64,000 nt of DNA from Enoplolaimus lenunculus (Eukaryota), in assembly GCA_030248215.1 (NCBI GenBank), contig JASANG010000266.1, positions 124,001 through 188,000 of the forward strand, in the 5' to 3' direction. Position numbers and translations under genes: made by a program. Under the pieces are notes generated by a model that had not been told where the DNA came from, did no database searches, and saw only the letters and a list, made by a program, of their open reading frames with translations. The stretch's first letter is position 1. Every line of letters starts with the position of its first letter. Positions 12,770-26,120 of this stretch are shown here, piece by piece.

Positions 12770-15700
12770 TTATTCAGACCTATAAATGTACATTATTGAG
12801 CATGCTATAACGAAACTTAAGGTGACATTAATATCATTATTTATCCAACTAGCAGATGATGATTCTACTCCAGTGAAAGGATAAAAGAAGTCTGTTGGTA
12901 GTCGTAAATCAAGTGTAGGTATACGAGCTACCGCTTCCGATGCGAACTGTGTCGCGTCAATAAATTTCACTGTGTGTACGATTGGAACGCGTTGAACTTT
13001 GGCAGTGGCTGAAGTTTGAGCATTTGCATGATGACATTGTTGGTTGAAACACTGGAATAAACAATAAAAACAATATAAGGTGGAAAATTTTAACAAGCTA
13101 TGGAAGTTCCACAATATCATGCGTACACCAGATTATTTTTGACAGGGTAGTGTGATGGACGGTGAAACTTTTTTGACTTCAGTGCGCGGCGCACTGAAAC
13201 TGTTTGCTGTAAGAGAAAAATTTGACAAATTTAGATGAATCGACGAAAACCGAAAATTTGGAAAACCGCTTCCAACTATAACATAATGGGTTATCGTGCG
13301 GATTACGACTTTCTTGTACTCCATGGTGTGCGGTACATTTAATTTTTCGCTTCAGTGTACTGTAGACTGAACCTTTTTGCTCAGGCACTGAAGTTTTCTT
13401 GACTTCAGTGTTCATCACACTACCCCCTTAAAAGTCACCTGATGTACGTATGTTATTGTGGAAGTGGCATTAGAACTTAAATATTGCGAAACTTATGACA
13501 TCATATAAAAAATCACCCGTCGTTCTGCAACCTGAAACTAGAGGTAGTAGAAAGAGGTCTTGATTGGACAAAATTTACAAACATACAAATCTTTGAAAAA
13601 TGTCGTTGTCTGAAGGGGAAAATGCCGCGACACTGCTTGCCCAATTATGACGATATGCGGCAGAAACATAAGTAAATTATATTTCAAGTCAAAAACAGAT
13701 TTGACTTTATCTCTACTATGCAGCCTAAGATCAATATGACAAAAATAAATTTTTACTTTAGCTGACGATTTTAAAGTCAGTTTCGATTATATCGTAGTAC
13801 AGACTTACAAGGAATTGTAAATTTTGTGCCGGATGATATGTATTCCGAACGCCAAGTATCTTTGCTTGCGGATTTGTAAACGAACCAACGTACGCGAACA
13901 CAATTTCTGTGTCAAGACCTAATACAACACCGGTGCATAGACCAGATACTGGACTGCCAACTTGCTGAAAAATAGGAAACTAATGCTCGTTGTTTCAATC
14001 TTCTAGGGCTTCGCTAAAAGGAGGGTTTATCCGAGTTCACACACGCCGACCTATCTCTGATAATCAAAACATATGCTTATGTGATTTGCTCCAAAACTGT
14101 CTGGCTTTAGAACAAGAATTAGAGACGTGAATTACAAACTTTAATCCTGATTTCTATATTGCGGCGAATATCACAACGAGCAGCACAGAAACTGTAAGCA
14201 GTACGTTAGAACCCCTCGGTCTCGAGCGTCAAGCTCCTACAGCTGAATGGTCATCGTAAACGCCTGCAACTCGAGAGACTGAGGATCGAATCTTATGTTG
14301 AAATTACATCTTTTATGAAATTGAAAATATTCATGTGAGAAAGGGTTAAAAAACACCAATTCGTTATTCATTCACTCAAAACTACTGGCTAGACTTCAAG
14401 ACGACAAGTCAACTAGAAATTTAATTATTTCATTAACGTCGCTTCACCTTTCCTACATGACTTTCGCCGTGACTTTGAATAATCGGAACCCAGTCATTGC
14501 TTAATTCCGATACTGAAACATTTCCAAATACACCAACAACATTGCGATACGACGCGTTAAGCAAACGTATCACAGTTTCTTGTAGAATTCGGCAAGTTGT
14601 CGTGTTCAACGTTGAAGAAATGCTGAAATTTAATAAGCATTTACTAGCAATATACACACAGCCGTTATAGGCTTTGTACAACTCAATCATTTTTTTATTT
14701 GAAAAACTTACAGATCACCACCAGATAGAGCTGTAAATGTTATACAAACTTTCACACTTCAAAAAGGCAAACTTGTGCGTTTATAGTAGTACTATTTAAC
14801 CCAAAATTTGCGCCCGAAAAAGCGTCGAAAGTCGCAATTTCTAAACTGTGCGTAAAAAATTTATGAATTTACACTACTCATTTTATTTTATTTTAACCAA
14901 CCCATTTTGATATCTGTTTTTATACATTGCCAACACAAATTAGATTTCACTTGAGCAGTACATACATTTGAAACTGATGTTGTAATTGTGCAAACTCAGT
15001 GATTTTGAAATTTTTCATGTCAACATCTTTTTATCAAACATATGAACAGTGCCGGTGTAGACTAGGGTGCCCCCATAAAATTCCGGTGTGGGGGACTCTT
15101 GCGACGATCAAAATATTTTTGAAATATTTTCTAAAATATTGTTAGGGTGGGGACCATTTTTGGGGAGGTCTGCCCCAAATGATTGTATACGGTGCTGTTT
15201 CGGCCGTGCTTATGAATGCGCCATGTTCGCCGCCCTGACGCGACCGATCATATTTAAAAACTATTTCACTAGACATAGAGAGCGGTACGCTACTGGACAC
15301 CGTTTTGAAATTTACTTTTATGCCGTGTGACGACTCGCAGAGGTACGCGGCAGCGCCGATCACGGTAAAGGTATAGCGCAAGCCTTACTCAATAATACAT
15401 CCGGAAACAGAATCATGGCCAAATAATACTGGCATCCGTTCAGCTTCGACGTCGCATTGTCCGTTTGGCCCGCTTGATAACGCTGTCAACCAATTAAATC
15501 GATTGGGCTCTAGTTGAACTGAGGTTGACGACGTTAAAACATGTCACGCAATTGTTAAGGAAATGCAATGGGTTCGAAGCGTACTGCAATCTCGGGAAAA
15601 TCATTGTAACAGCTCTATATGGTGCGGTATTACACTACAAACAGTCCAATGATTTATTCAATTATGAAACTGAAACTTTAATGCAGTTTCTATGGGTCAG

Positions 15701-18700
15701 TCAAAAGCGTTGTACAAAGCCATTGTAGACATTTTGCGGCTATGAAAATGCTAACATACTTGTCAAACTTGTAAAATGTCCACGGAAAAATAGCTAAAAC
15801 AAACTAACATTATAGGTGCTATAAAGTTTAACCATAGAAAGCAATAGACCCCCACCCATTGTATAAAAATCGAAATATACCTAAACTTTAAGCCTTAAAT
15901 TTTACAACTGAACAATTCGTGTTTTAAAAAAGGATATTTGTTTCCTTCGCTGAAATCAACAACGCCAGCCAGTACAGGTTCACCATTCAAATATCCTGGA
16001 TTGCCGCTTCGTTGAAATTTAGCACCATATGTGTCGGTGTCCTTAAAAAACATAACGAACTTTTACAAAAATGAAATTCAAAATGAACCAAACATTACTT
16101 ATGTTTGTGTTCACATCGCTGTCAAATCTCGTTGCGTTTGTTCGTCATAAAACTAAAACTACCAGTCAACGTGTTCTCAAATGTGTGTTAGCTAGCTCGT
16201 ATCACCAGTTGATGATAGATCTTGTAACCTTCGAACCAATGAGTACTGATGCTCACAGCTCAAAATTCAGCACATTTTTCTCATATGATTTGCTGTACTC
16301 CAGTGCCAATTTTGAGTTCAACAGCTGCAATAGTTAGTGAGTTTCAAAACCTATTACTAACTGAAGATAGTTGCAATACACATTTGAGAATATGGGACTG
16401 GGACACTGGCGTTGAACTGTGACATTTGTTCGTATCGTATGTCTCTATATATTCAATATTTGTTGCATATTTTCAGTCATTATTCGGTGAATCGCAACCT
16501 TTGACCCCCTTTAAAATTTTCCCTAAATTCGTCCCGATGTTACAAACCCAATTTCGTTTTTAGTAAATTATTTTAGCTAGAAGCTTGTCTTGTTTACCCA
16601 CTGAAATAGTTTTAATTTATTTTTAACAACTCGTTTTATAGATAAAATCAGATCTGCGGAACGATGGTTCAGGCTGTGAAAATGTAATTTTATCGCAATG
16701 TTTGCAATATCGCAGCCTGATGAGGCAACGCGTCTGTGAATTTGAAATAGAAAGAATTTGTGCGTTTGACTATAGTATAAACGACATTGTTCTACTTACC
16801 CAATTATATAAAACATCAATTTTGATAGGAACTGCGTCGATTCTATCGCTCATGTCTACGTCGCCAAGAAGAAACCTAACTGTAATGTCTAGAATGCCTC
16901 GAATTGCGCTGACATTGAACAAATACGTGACCTAAAGCGGAAACGGCCTGTGCAACAAATGTCACTAGGCAACAAATGTGAATGCCTGAATCATTATTTG
17001 TGCTTTATGCTTATAACAACAATTGCGCAATAAAACGGGTTTTCCTACAATAGTATAAAATCGTCATTGGATATGTTTTCCACGACTCTAGACGTTGAAC
17101 TCAACTCATTATTGTTTATTGTTGTTATTACCACACAATAAATCATTAACATATGCTGTAGAAATTATTGCGATGTCTTTTAACCACTTATTCAAATCTG
17201 ACTTATTTAGAATCAAATTTGATTCACAAATCAGTCAATTTTGTCAGTAGGCCGAGTCGGCATCAATTTCGACCGGAGTCGCTTTAATTTGAATATACCG
17301 ATAGTCGGAAAAATTTTCGGTTCTCTAATTTTTAGCTAGAATGTTTTGCGACTGTTTTCGCACCATTTTATCAAAATATTGATTTGGTCGCTATAACTGC
17401 CAAGTTTTTTTATTCTTTGTTTGTTGACATCAATTTTAGTCAGCAATAAAATTTTTTAACATGAGCACCGGCTGAGTGACTGTGTCAAATCAGGTTCACT
17501 GCTGTGATCGTATTTTAGACGCAAATTGTACAACTAACGTGTTTGCAAACAAATCGACACTTGCTGTTTTCCTTATCGAAAATTGGGATCGGAATTTCAT
17601 CTAGTGAAATGACGGTTCCGTTCGAATATTGATTATCATTGGAGAGTCGGACTTTTTGCGTGCGATAAGTAAACAAAGCACGGCGATGAAGGTTATCTGA
17701 AATAATTTACATGCCAGGTGCGTTACCAAGAATTCAAACTGGTGCTGTCTGCAGGTTCGTTAATCGAAGACATGTGTTATAACTATAGGGGCATGCATAA
17801 TAAGATTACGCGTATTAAAAGTTGCGCTATGCTGGTACGGCGCCGTGCGTCACCATGCGGTATTGTTGCGCGAATTGTTACTTACGACATGATACTGTAT
17901 GCTAACGAACGGTGACGTACGGCGCCGAACGATGTTTTAAAATAAAAGGTATAGCGCAACCATAAGCCGACGTTTAACAATAATCAGATTAAAAAAATTT
18001 TGCATATTTGAGCTTATCATGCGTGACCTCCTGAAATCATTTACCGCTCAAATTTGGAATGCTGAAAATTTGGGTCAAATAAACTTTATCTGACACACTG
18101 CGAGCGGTTTGGATTGGCGTTAAATCAGTTGTTTCACAAGTCTGATGACCAAAACTTTAACACAATGCTACTCAGCTCCCCAAGCTGCGTCGTAAGGCGT
18201 ATCGTTTTCTAGGTTTTTTGCGAAAACATTTTTTGAACCCATGGAGGACCTAAAGATGTTTAAAAACAGAATTTTCAAATTTTCAGATCTGTTCGTGAAA
18301 TGATCAGGGGAGATAATGATTTCTGATATGCAAAACATTTTTAAATACAATTTTTAAACAGATACTGACTCGCGAAAAACCTGATGAAATCCGGTACGTC
18401 ATGGGTCCGAACTTCCACACCAATAACATAAATGTGCAACTTAAAAAACTACACTGAAAAGAAAGTAAGTCAGATTGACACTCTCCGAAATAGGCTCCGC
18501 GGAACTACACAAATGAGTCAAAATCGACTCCGACAGAGTCAAATTCGCGCAGTTTGTGTAGTCCCGTAGAGGCTATTTCGGAAATTTATTTTGACTCACC
18601 ATTTTTTGCAGTGTAATTAATAACTATGAAAAGTAAAAGCTAAACACTAACCACTACTTTCCGATACGCTGAAAGAAAAATTGACTTTCAAATAAATAAA

Positions 18701-21700
18701 ACGCACGATTGTGAACGATAGATTGACTTTATATTACCAGATGCATTTATATCTGCACTTTGAAGAGTTTCAGTTGATGTTTTCACCTGAGCAATAACGT
18801 TAAAACCTTTATAATAGTAATCGGTGCGCAGAAACGGTATCGAACCGCACCAATCACCGCTGTCACTATGTGCAGATATGTCAACGTAACACAAATTTGA
18901 TTGGGATACGAACAGTCCTGAAATATTTAATATTGGAAAATAACGATAAAACAAATTTTTAAATTTTATCAGAAAACAAGTGATAGGACATGCTAAAGTG
19001 TCTTATTCAAACAGTCTGTTAAGCAATTAAGCAATTATCATTTCGTCAAAAGTACATTAAACGCCAAGCACAGGGCCACTGGATGCGTTCAACGGAAATG
19101 TCAAATCCGTGGATATCAGTGCCTGTAACTTGGCAACCTGCAGAGTATACACTTGTATAGCAGAATGATGCAACTAAACACTGTGGCACCGCCTGGAATT
19201 ACCTCATTTACATGAGAATTGCACGTGTCTATACAATCGCGACATAGCTTGTGTGAGGTTGTGGATGTTCACTGAGTATTTTGTTTTAAAATTTGATGTC
19301 AGATTACCTATGTCGAAAATAGACGTGACTTAACGCGGCTAAAAAAATTTTCACCATCCAAGTTTTCTATAGTACCTATCGACCCATTATACAGACCTGC
19401 CCAGTGGGAAACTGAGGCTTAGGTTTAAGTATATATAGGCGTTGCTTTAGAGGACAAACCAATTAGTTAACCTGGGCCCATGGGCCAGGATGGTTATCAA
19501 GTTGCTCCATCAGAGTAGCCTTAAATTACATCTTCAGCCTTGAATCTTTTACCAATGTTACGAGTTTGCATTACTCTGCATTACACTCAAGATAATATTT
19601 CGGATAGTAAAGAAAAAATTTCTTACATTTAAGAAATATAATTAGCATGGTGCACTTGAAAAGTATTTCTGTTATAACAGAAATGTTTTCGAACAAGTTT
19701 TTAAATAAAGTCTGAAAATAAACGTTTTCCGGTTATTTTTAGACAAATTGTCTTAAATATCAGCGAAACTTTTCAGATTTGCCGCAGAAAATACTTTTCT
19801 GAATAAATTCAGAAATACTTTTTTGTGTGTACACCCTGCATATTTAGCAAGTAAAACAATAAAAACCATGCATCATCGAAGAAAAAATCCTTTACTCGCG
19901 ACGCCGAATTCTGAGCAGTAACTAGTTATGGTTGCTGTTGGTATTGTAAATATTCCTTCGGATGCGTCCGCTTCATGAATTATCCGAATCGCATCACCAA
20001 CCTGGAAAACACATTCAAGTGCGGAGGAGCTGTATCCACAATTGTGGTGTAGCACTTTATTACCAGTGCAAGCGAACTGCGACAGCTGCCAGTTCTAACA
20101 ATCGCGTAATTGAGAAGGGCAAACTAACGAAACAAATTTATCGAATTTTAAACTTAACCATTCTCTTGTTCGAAAGTTACAAATCCTATCACCAACTTGT
20201 AATACGTGCTACACGCAATTGACAAATTGAAATCAGAGAATAAAACAAAACAGCATAGCATGCAATTGCAAACATTTGCGTTTCACAAACAGTGAACAAG
20301 CTTTAGGATGTTGAAAGAAAATGAAAAAGGAATGCTACTCATTCGCTTTAGGATAACAAAGGCAAAAAGTGCCACTTTTAGCTGAGAGCAAATTTGCACA
20401 GTAGCCCGAAATAATCATCAGAAACAAAGTGCAAACGTTTCACTATGACGGGTTTCTTTGGCTATCATTTTGTATTAACTATGGAGCAATCATTATGCTG
20501 CCATTATTACAATTCAATAATTTTAATGTAAAATTTATCATTATACAATGTATATAACATTTAAATCACGAAGTTAGAACAAAATTTACTGTCCCAACGA
20601 AATTGAATGATAAAAGTCGAAAAGTTTACCTTGTAGTTAGTGATCAACTTTTCGTCAGGAACCATCATCTTTCGTGTTGTGTTCGCGATTTGACGCTGTT
20701 CAGCCAGCCGTTCGAAACTTTCCGAGTCGATTAATGATTCTGGTGACTCGAAATTGTTTCGCTCTGGATCTGAAGTCCGGAAACATTTCAAGATGTAATT
20801 TTTGTACAAATGCCATTTTTTCATTTTAATTTTTGTAGTACAACATGAGTGAGATAAAGTAAATTAAAGGCGTCTAGGGGAGGTCGGAGGGGGGTGAAGG
20901 AGAAAATTGTCATTGTGCATGTGAGAACAATTACGTGATTGAGACTTTAAATGTTTCCTAATTGCGTCTCTTTGTTTATAGATTTCGGAGAGCAGTAAAT
21001 GTTTTATAGGTAACGGAAAAATTATTATTCACAAGAAAATTGTTTTTCGCGATCTTGCCTCAGCGAGGTTGTGTTTAGTTGACTTTCAATTAGACCAAGG
21101 TTAATATGCCTGAACTGTTTCTATGTAGCACATATCAAATTTAGTCAATGACTTAAGTATTTACCTGAGTTAACTACGTGTTTAAAGACGACAAAATGGA
21201 TAAGTTAGTACTAGCACATACTTAAGTATTAAAGTCGTGTTTAAATACGGTTTCAGGAACCCAGGCATTATTCATTAGTCTAAAACAGTATCAGAATTGC
21301 AACGAACTTAAACATCAACAACAATGGGATTTTCAATTTTCTTAAAAAGGTCGGAATTGCAATCAGACCACTATGCATTTGTACCGTTAATAGCGTACAA
21401 ATGACAGACCATCTCACAGTCTCCTGCGCAAAATACTAATGATTTTATAAAAGTTTTTCGCAACAGATGCGTTTTGAAAGAAATTTGACTTTGTTGCACA
21501 TTTTGTTCATTCAAAAATAAGCCATCATTCCTTTGTGTATGTCAACAACTAATGCTTAAAAACTTACAATTGTCACGAACTATACACAATAGACCATCGC
21601 TGTTCGTAAATGTTTGATATTGTGTATTATTGAGTATAACCAAATCACGCTTGATGCAAACAGAATTGTCCGGCCTACATAAAAATGCGGAAACAAACAA

Positions 21701-22528
21701 TAAAACCTGTCAAACCTGTTAAAATTATTTTTATCAACAAATTTAATTGGTGAAAAAAATTTTCAAAGCATGTCTGGGTTCATTTGGTCGATTTAGAATC
21801 ACAAAATTTACATTTGGTTCCAGATTGACATGTCATCATGAATATCGATACAATTCGTTATGATAAAGTTTGAGCAACAGTTATGCTGCCGCGCAACTTA
21901 TAGAATGGAAATTTTAAATTCTGTCTCAATACCTCGGAAAATAATCTTGTATTCATATTTGGTTTAGAACTACCTCCAATATAATGGGCATCACACAGCA
22001 TGTATGCAAATGAGTTTTATCTTGGTAAAGACAAATTTGAAGATATGCAGTAGTAGCAGTTAATTCGGCAAAACCGTGCTCTTGCTGTGCTCCAAATGTC
22101 GATGATTATATAGCATCTCGATAAACAAACCAAATATTCTTTGCAGGTTTATGAATGTACCACAAGAAACGTCAAACTAGCACCATACAGCCATGAGCCA
22201 ATGTTTAATACATTTGTGCATTTTCAGGCTTAAATTTTGCACTCGAGAAATTTTTGCAGGCTTAAATTTTGCACTCGAGAAATTTTTACATTTCTCTATT
22301 GATAAACCGGATTAACTCTTACGTGAACTCTTCTTGAGTTGCACAGTTTGTGAACAACGCTCGAACTTCGTTGCTGCAATCTTTTACATCACAACAGCAA
22401 TTTGCATCACAAGCATTAATGCTTAAGTCGCAACTGCAATAAATTAAGTCTTGTTGCTGAGGTGCGGTTTGCCCAACACAGTCAGTTGCATAAAAAAGGA
22501 TTATGAAACCAGCAACAGTGACATCCAT
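12770..22528 (-). CDS. TCTN: Tectonic-family ciliary transition-zone protein (TCTN1/3-like), 12 coding exons
   Basis: Exons (minus): 22528-22323, 21674-21568, 20769-20630, 20001-19896, 18917-18738, 17696-17539, 16931-16800, 16041-15938, 15532-15389, 14622-14448, 13964-13809, 13051-12770. Signal-peptide-like N-terminus, CSCDLSINACDANCCCDVKDC, RSGNPGYLNGEPVLAG, RMPVLFGHDSVSGC, VGSFTNPQAKILGV, LRLPTDFFYPF and a hydrophobic C-terminal tail are Tectonic hallmarks. Confidence 0.93.
14145..14345 (+). mobile_element. Degenerate copy of the piggyBac-type tRNA-bearing MITE
   Basis: CTCGAGCGTCAAGCTCCTACAGCTGAATGG...GGATCGAATC...ATGTGAGAAAGGG|TTAA shared with the other copies; left end decayed. Confidence 0.65.
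15533..15937 (-). other. U12-type (minor spliceosome) AT-AC intron, Tectonic coding intron 8
   Basis: 5' end ATATCCTTT at 15937; branch site TTTCCTTAAC at 15563-15554; frame-preserving AC acceptor at 15534-15533 (AA|G TCG TCA). No GT donor is available after ...FSEGN before the frame closes. Confidence 0.88.
17821..17960. mobile_element. Short MITE, possibly PIF/Harbinger-like
   Basis: TIR GTTGCGCTAT / ATAGCGCAAC with CGGCGCCG repeats; related terminus at 15370-15386. Confidence 0.5.
18452..18613. mobile_element. Palindromic CACTG-ended MITE flanked by TA
   Basis: TA|CACTGAAAAG...CCGAAATAG..ACTACACAAA / TTTGTGTAGT..CTATTTCGG...TTGCAGTG|TA. Confidence 0.7.
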
Positions 22529-23239
22529 ATATATTACAAACGAAATCCTGATATTTTAAACTATAGTACCTTTAACACGCAGAAATGTATACTGATAGTG
22601 TGAGGATTCTAGTTTTCTAAAGCCACATTCTCGCGTACAAATTTTTGCAGCGTAAACTCGTAGCTGCAACTTGCAAGTGCAATATTTTGCGTATGAAACT
22701 TGCAACTACAATTTGCACGTGCAAAAAATTTGAACGTGTAAATTGCAGCGGCAAGTTGTGTCAAATGGATGTGCAATTCGCAGCTGCAAGTTCTCGCTGC
22801 AAAATCGTGTACGTGACAATGGAGGTTAATTTTTTGAAAATAATGCTCCGTAGCAACAGAAAACAGGCACGTAGGGCATTGCGTTTTTGACTCGAACATT
22901 GAGCAGTCCATATTATGTAGGCTAATGCATTTTAAGGATCTGAACCAAATAAAAATTTGTCTTTTAAATGTTCCAAGCACAATATCTGGACATTGGTCTC
23001 GAATACGGGCGCAGAAAAATTTTAAAGAGCACCACGTGCAGCAGCTAGTTCCACTTTTACAACACTAGCCACAGCTACGAAATCAACCCAATATTGCATG
23101 AAAGTCGCTAGGATCTAAATTTAAACCGTTTTTCAATCATAGTCAATAATCCTGTTAAATTTAACTGCGTCACGTGTGCGCTCGCCATATATCGACAAAT
23201 TTTGCAGCTGAAATTTCAGATAAAATTATATCAAACGCT

Positions 23240-23442
23240 GGCCCTAGTAAAGATCATGCAGGGGCGGAACGTTTTTCTGTGGAACTAGAAAACAGTAAGC
23301 TTAAGCTTTAGGCTATTTTTGCATGGCTTAGGCTTAGGCTTAATAATATTCCCATTCTTATGCTTAGGTTTAGGATTAGGCTTATGGTTATGCTTAGGAA
23401 TACGCTTATAATACTGTTCCGCCCCTGTTTTTTACATTGGCC
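23240..23442 (+). mobile_element. GGCC-ended MITE with TTAGGC-like repeats, 8-bp TSD
   Basis: TSD CAAACGCT both sides; TIR GGCC..GTAAA..CAGGGGCGGAAC; internal (TTAGGC)n variants. Confidence 0.85.
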
Positions 23443-23611
23443 CAAACGCTTAAGAAACAATTATAAAACCTATTTTAGTGCAAACACAAAACTATTTTGA
23501 TTATATTATAAATGTTGGTAGTTGCAAAATACTGTGTTGCTTAAGAATGCGACAAAGCTATACTTTCCTTGTTGTTATAGGAAAATAGTAAATGAACAAT
23601 TTGGAATCGCG

Positions 23612-23625
23612 GTTGCTATAGTAAC
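23612..23625. promoter_or_regulatory. X-box (RFX/DAF-19 site) upstream of Tectonic
   Basis: GTTGCTATAGTAAC fits the X-box palindrome, about 1.1 kb upstream of the ATG of a ciliary gene; a weaker GTTGTTATAGGAAA lies at 23571-23584. Confidence 0.7.
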
Positions 23626-24345
23626 ATGTTGCTAAATCTTAAATACCTATGGAACATAATACTCATTTTAGCAGCAAAATTAAATTGTTACTCTTGTGTG
23701 TATTAATACGTATAATTTGTGGAACGCGTTGCACAAAATCATTCGCTATATAATATAACGATTAATTTGCAATATCTGTGTTGAAAATTATTTATTCCTT
23801 GCGATTTTTAATTTTGTGACCAATTAAGTTCATATAATGTAATTTTTTAAGTGCATACGTTTTCGAGTTCAGTCGAATATTCGTGAAGTTATGTTTAATC
23901 GATTATAAATGTTTCGTTTTAAGATAATAGTTGTAAGCCATTGAACCAAAATTGGCTCATTCCTGATTAGCGACGGGGCACAGTCAACATTCGTGAAATG
24001 TAAAATTTTATAAAATTCGATGGCAGTCAAGTTGTAAATGTTAGTATATTTGTTTCTGCTTCCAAAAATATTCGTGTTTGTTTCCAAAAATCAGTGTCTG
24101 TTTGCGTTTAAGCAACAAAAATAACGAAAATTCAGTTAGGAGAATACTTATATTAAATGCACAAAATAGCAGTATTCAAATTGTCTAATATTTGGAACCA
24201 TTACTGTTGAACTGAAATTGGTGATCTTAAATTGTAGTATGAGATGCACACAACAAAAGTATAAATCGTACAAATTTTAATTTTTCGCAAACAAAAACAT
24301 GAACTGCATAACTGAACTGAAGTTTTGCTTCGAATGTGTGAATTA

Positions 24346-25086
24346 CTGTAGTGACCCGATTAAGAGGCGGTATAATAAGAGGGGGATCCCCATTTTGAGT
24401 CTCAATCAATAGGAGTCCGTATTCCTAATAAGAGCCCGTAAGCGAATAGAGTCCCTAAACCTCAATTAGAGTCCATACATGTCAATTATCTCTTATTGTA
24501 GCGCATAAATGACTCCAGGACCAAATAATTTGAGTTTGAAACTTTAAAGCGTACTTAATGATACTCTGTAAGAATTTTTTCATTAACCTTTTCTCACATG
24601 AATATTTGCAATTTCACATGAAATGTAATTTCAAGGTGAGATTCGAGCCCCAGTCTCACGGGTGGGAGGCGTCTACGATGACCTCTGAGCTATAGGAGCT
24701 TGACGCCCGAGCCCGAAGGGGCTCTCCCGTCTTGTGGAGATTTTACACTGCGCATATAGGTTATGACTGTTACACACTGCTCCAAGTGTGCGTATTGCTC
24801 GTACATTATTGTATTTAGTTGCTCATAGTATATTCTATGAGTGAAAGGGTTAAATTTTGAATGTACATTCCCAAGTATAAGCTTACATTATCGCTCAAGC
24901 TATTGACACAAGACAAACAAACGTTTAATTCAAAGGATAGTTGCAGTACCGGAGATATATAAGCAGCGAAGGGTGGCAGATGACGAGTTGAAAATAAATA
25001 ACAGTCTGTAACCGAATAACAAGGGAAGGTACCTTCTGGAGAGGCCAAATAAGTATCAATCCCCCCTCTTAATCAGGTCACTCCAG
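24346..25086. mobile_element. TA-flanked MITE (Tc1/mariner-like target) hosting the TTAA element
   Basis: TA|CTGTAGTGACCCGATTAAGAGG...CCTCTTAATCAGGTCACTCCAG|TA; homologs in opposite orientation at 26121-26699 and about 27773-28180. Confidence 0.75.
24587..24849 (-). mobile_element. TTAA-flanked piggyBac-type MITE with internal tRNA-Gly-like segment
   Basis: TTAA at 24583-24586 and 24850-24853; imperfect TIRs CC(C)TTTC.C.CAT; internal minus-strand TAGCTCAGAGG...CGCCTCCCACCCGTGAGACTGGGGCTCGAATC. Confidence 0.8.
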
Positions 25087-26120
25087 TAAGTAATCTTGAG
25101 TTTGAATTTGGATTCTATAATTCTGGATTTCTTTTTGTGAATTCTACGCAAACTTTCAGCTTAAACAATACCGTTATAAAATCGGTTCATATCCAGGCAA
25201 CAATATATCGATACAAGTTTCACCGCAAATTTTCTGGTTCTTCGTCTTCAATAAGTTCTATCAAGAGCGCATGATACGATATTATTCAATTCTTGGGGCT
25301 TCGCAATGGTACAAAACGTACAACGTACGAGTTACCTTTTGACCGATCCTCTTGTTTAGTAGACGGTAAAACCTGTGCGAACCATGGCACTGTATGCGTC
25401 TGACATCAAAGATGCTCAGCTTATTGATTTATATAGTTATTGCATGTGACAGCGACCCCCTCTATATATAAGTTCTGTGCCCCCCCCATACAGGCTTTGT
25501 ACATTTTATGTATATACCTACCTCGACAGTTGCATTGAAGATTTTGTGTTTTACGACAGATTAACGCGTTTGTGCATTTTCTTTCATTCCACACTCAGCG
25601 TAGTTTTCATCAAATCAGTCCGATGTTTCTTGTGCACTAAACCCTTCAGTTATATCCATTGCTAATTAAGCTGGTCATTCAAAACTCAAAATCAACAATT
25701 TCCAAAACTTTCGCGTTTCGCGAGAACGGAGTGTATTCAAACTAAACAAATGGGCTTATATTTTGTTCAGTACTGACAGGCTGTTATGTTGTAACCAAAC
25801 GGATCTTAACTTTCAAACACGACGTTACGCACACCCATGCTTATACCAAAACTCGGCCGATGCCCTCTAGGTGGGCTGAATTGCTGTGCTGGAGATTTTA
25901 TCTGCAATACCCCAACATTTCATGATGCGCTTCCAGTGTTTTCGACCAAAACTTGCAGTTGCGAGTTGTAGTTGCAAGTTCTTTGTTTTAAGAATTTAAA
26001 CGTGCAAATTTCAACTGTGTGTTCTCGCTGCAGAATCTTGCATGATTTACATGGAACAAAAAATGACAGATAACAATAATTGACACTCTTAAGCGTCATT
26101 TACTACAAGAAATTACTGTA

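Noticed and set aside
19058..19338. Exon-like segments in Tectonic intron 4
   Set aside because: Joining them introduces stops; exon 4 splices in frame directly to 18917.
22225..22287. 32-bp tandem duplication in Tectonic intron 1
   Set aside because: Ordinary local duplication with no evident function.
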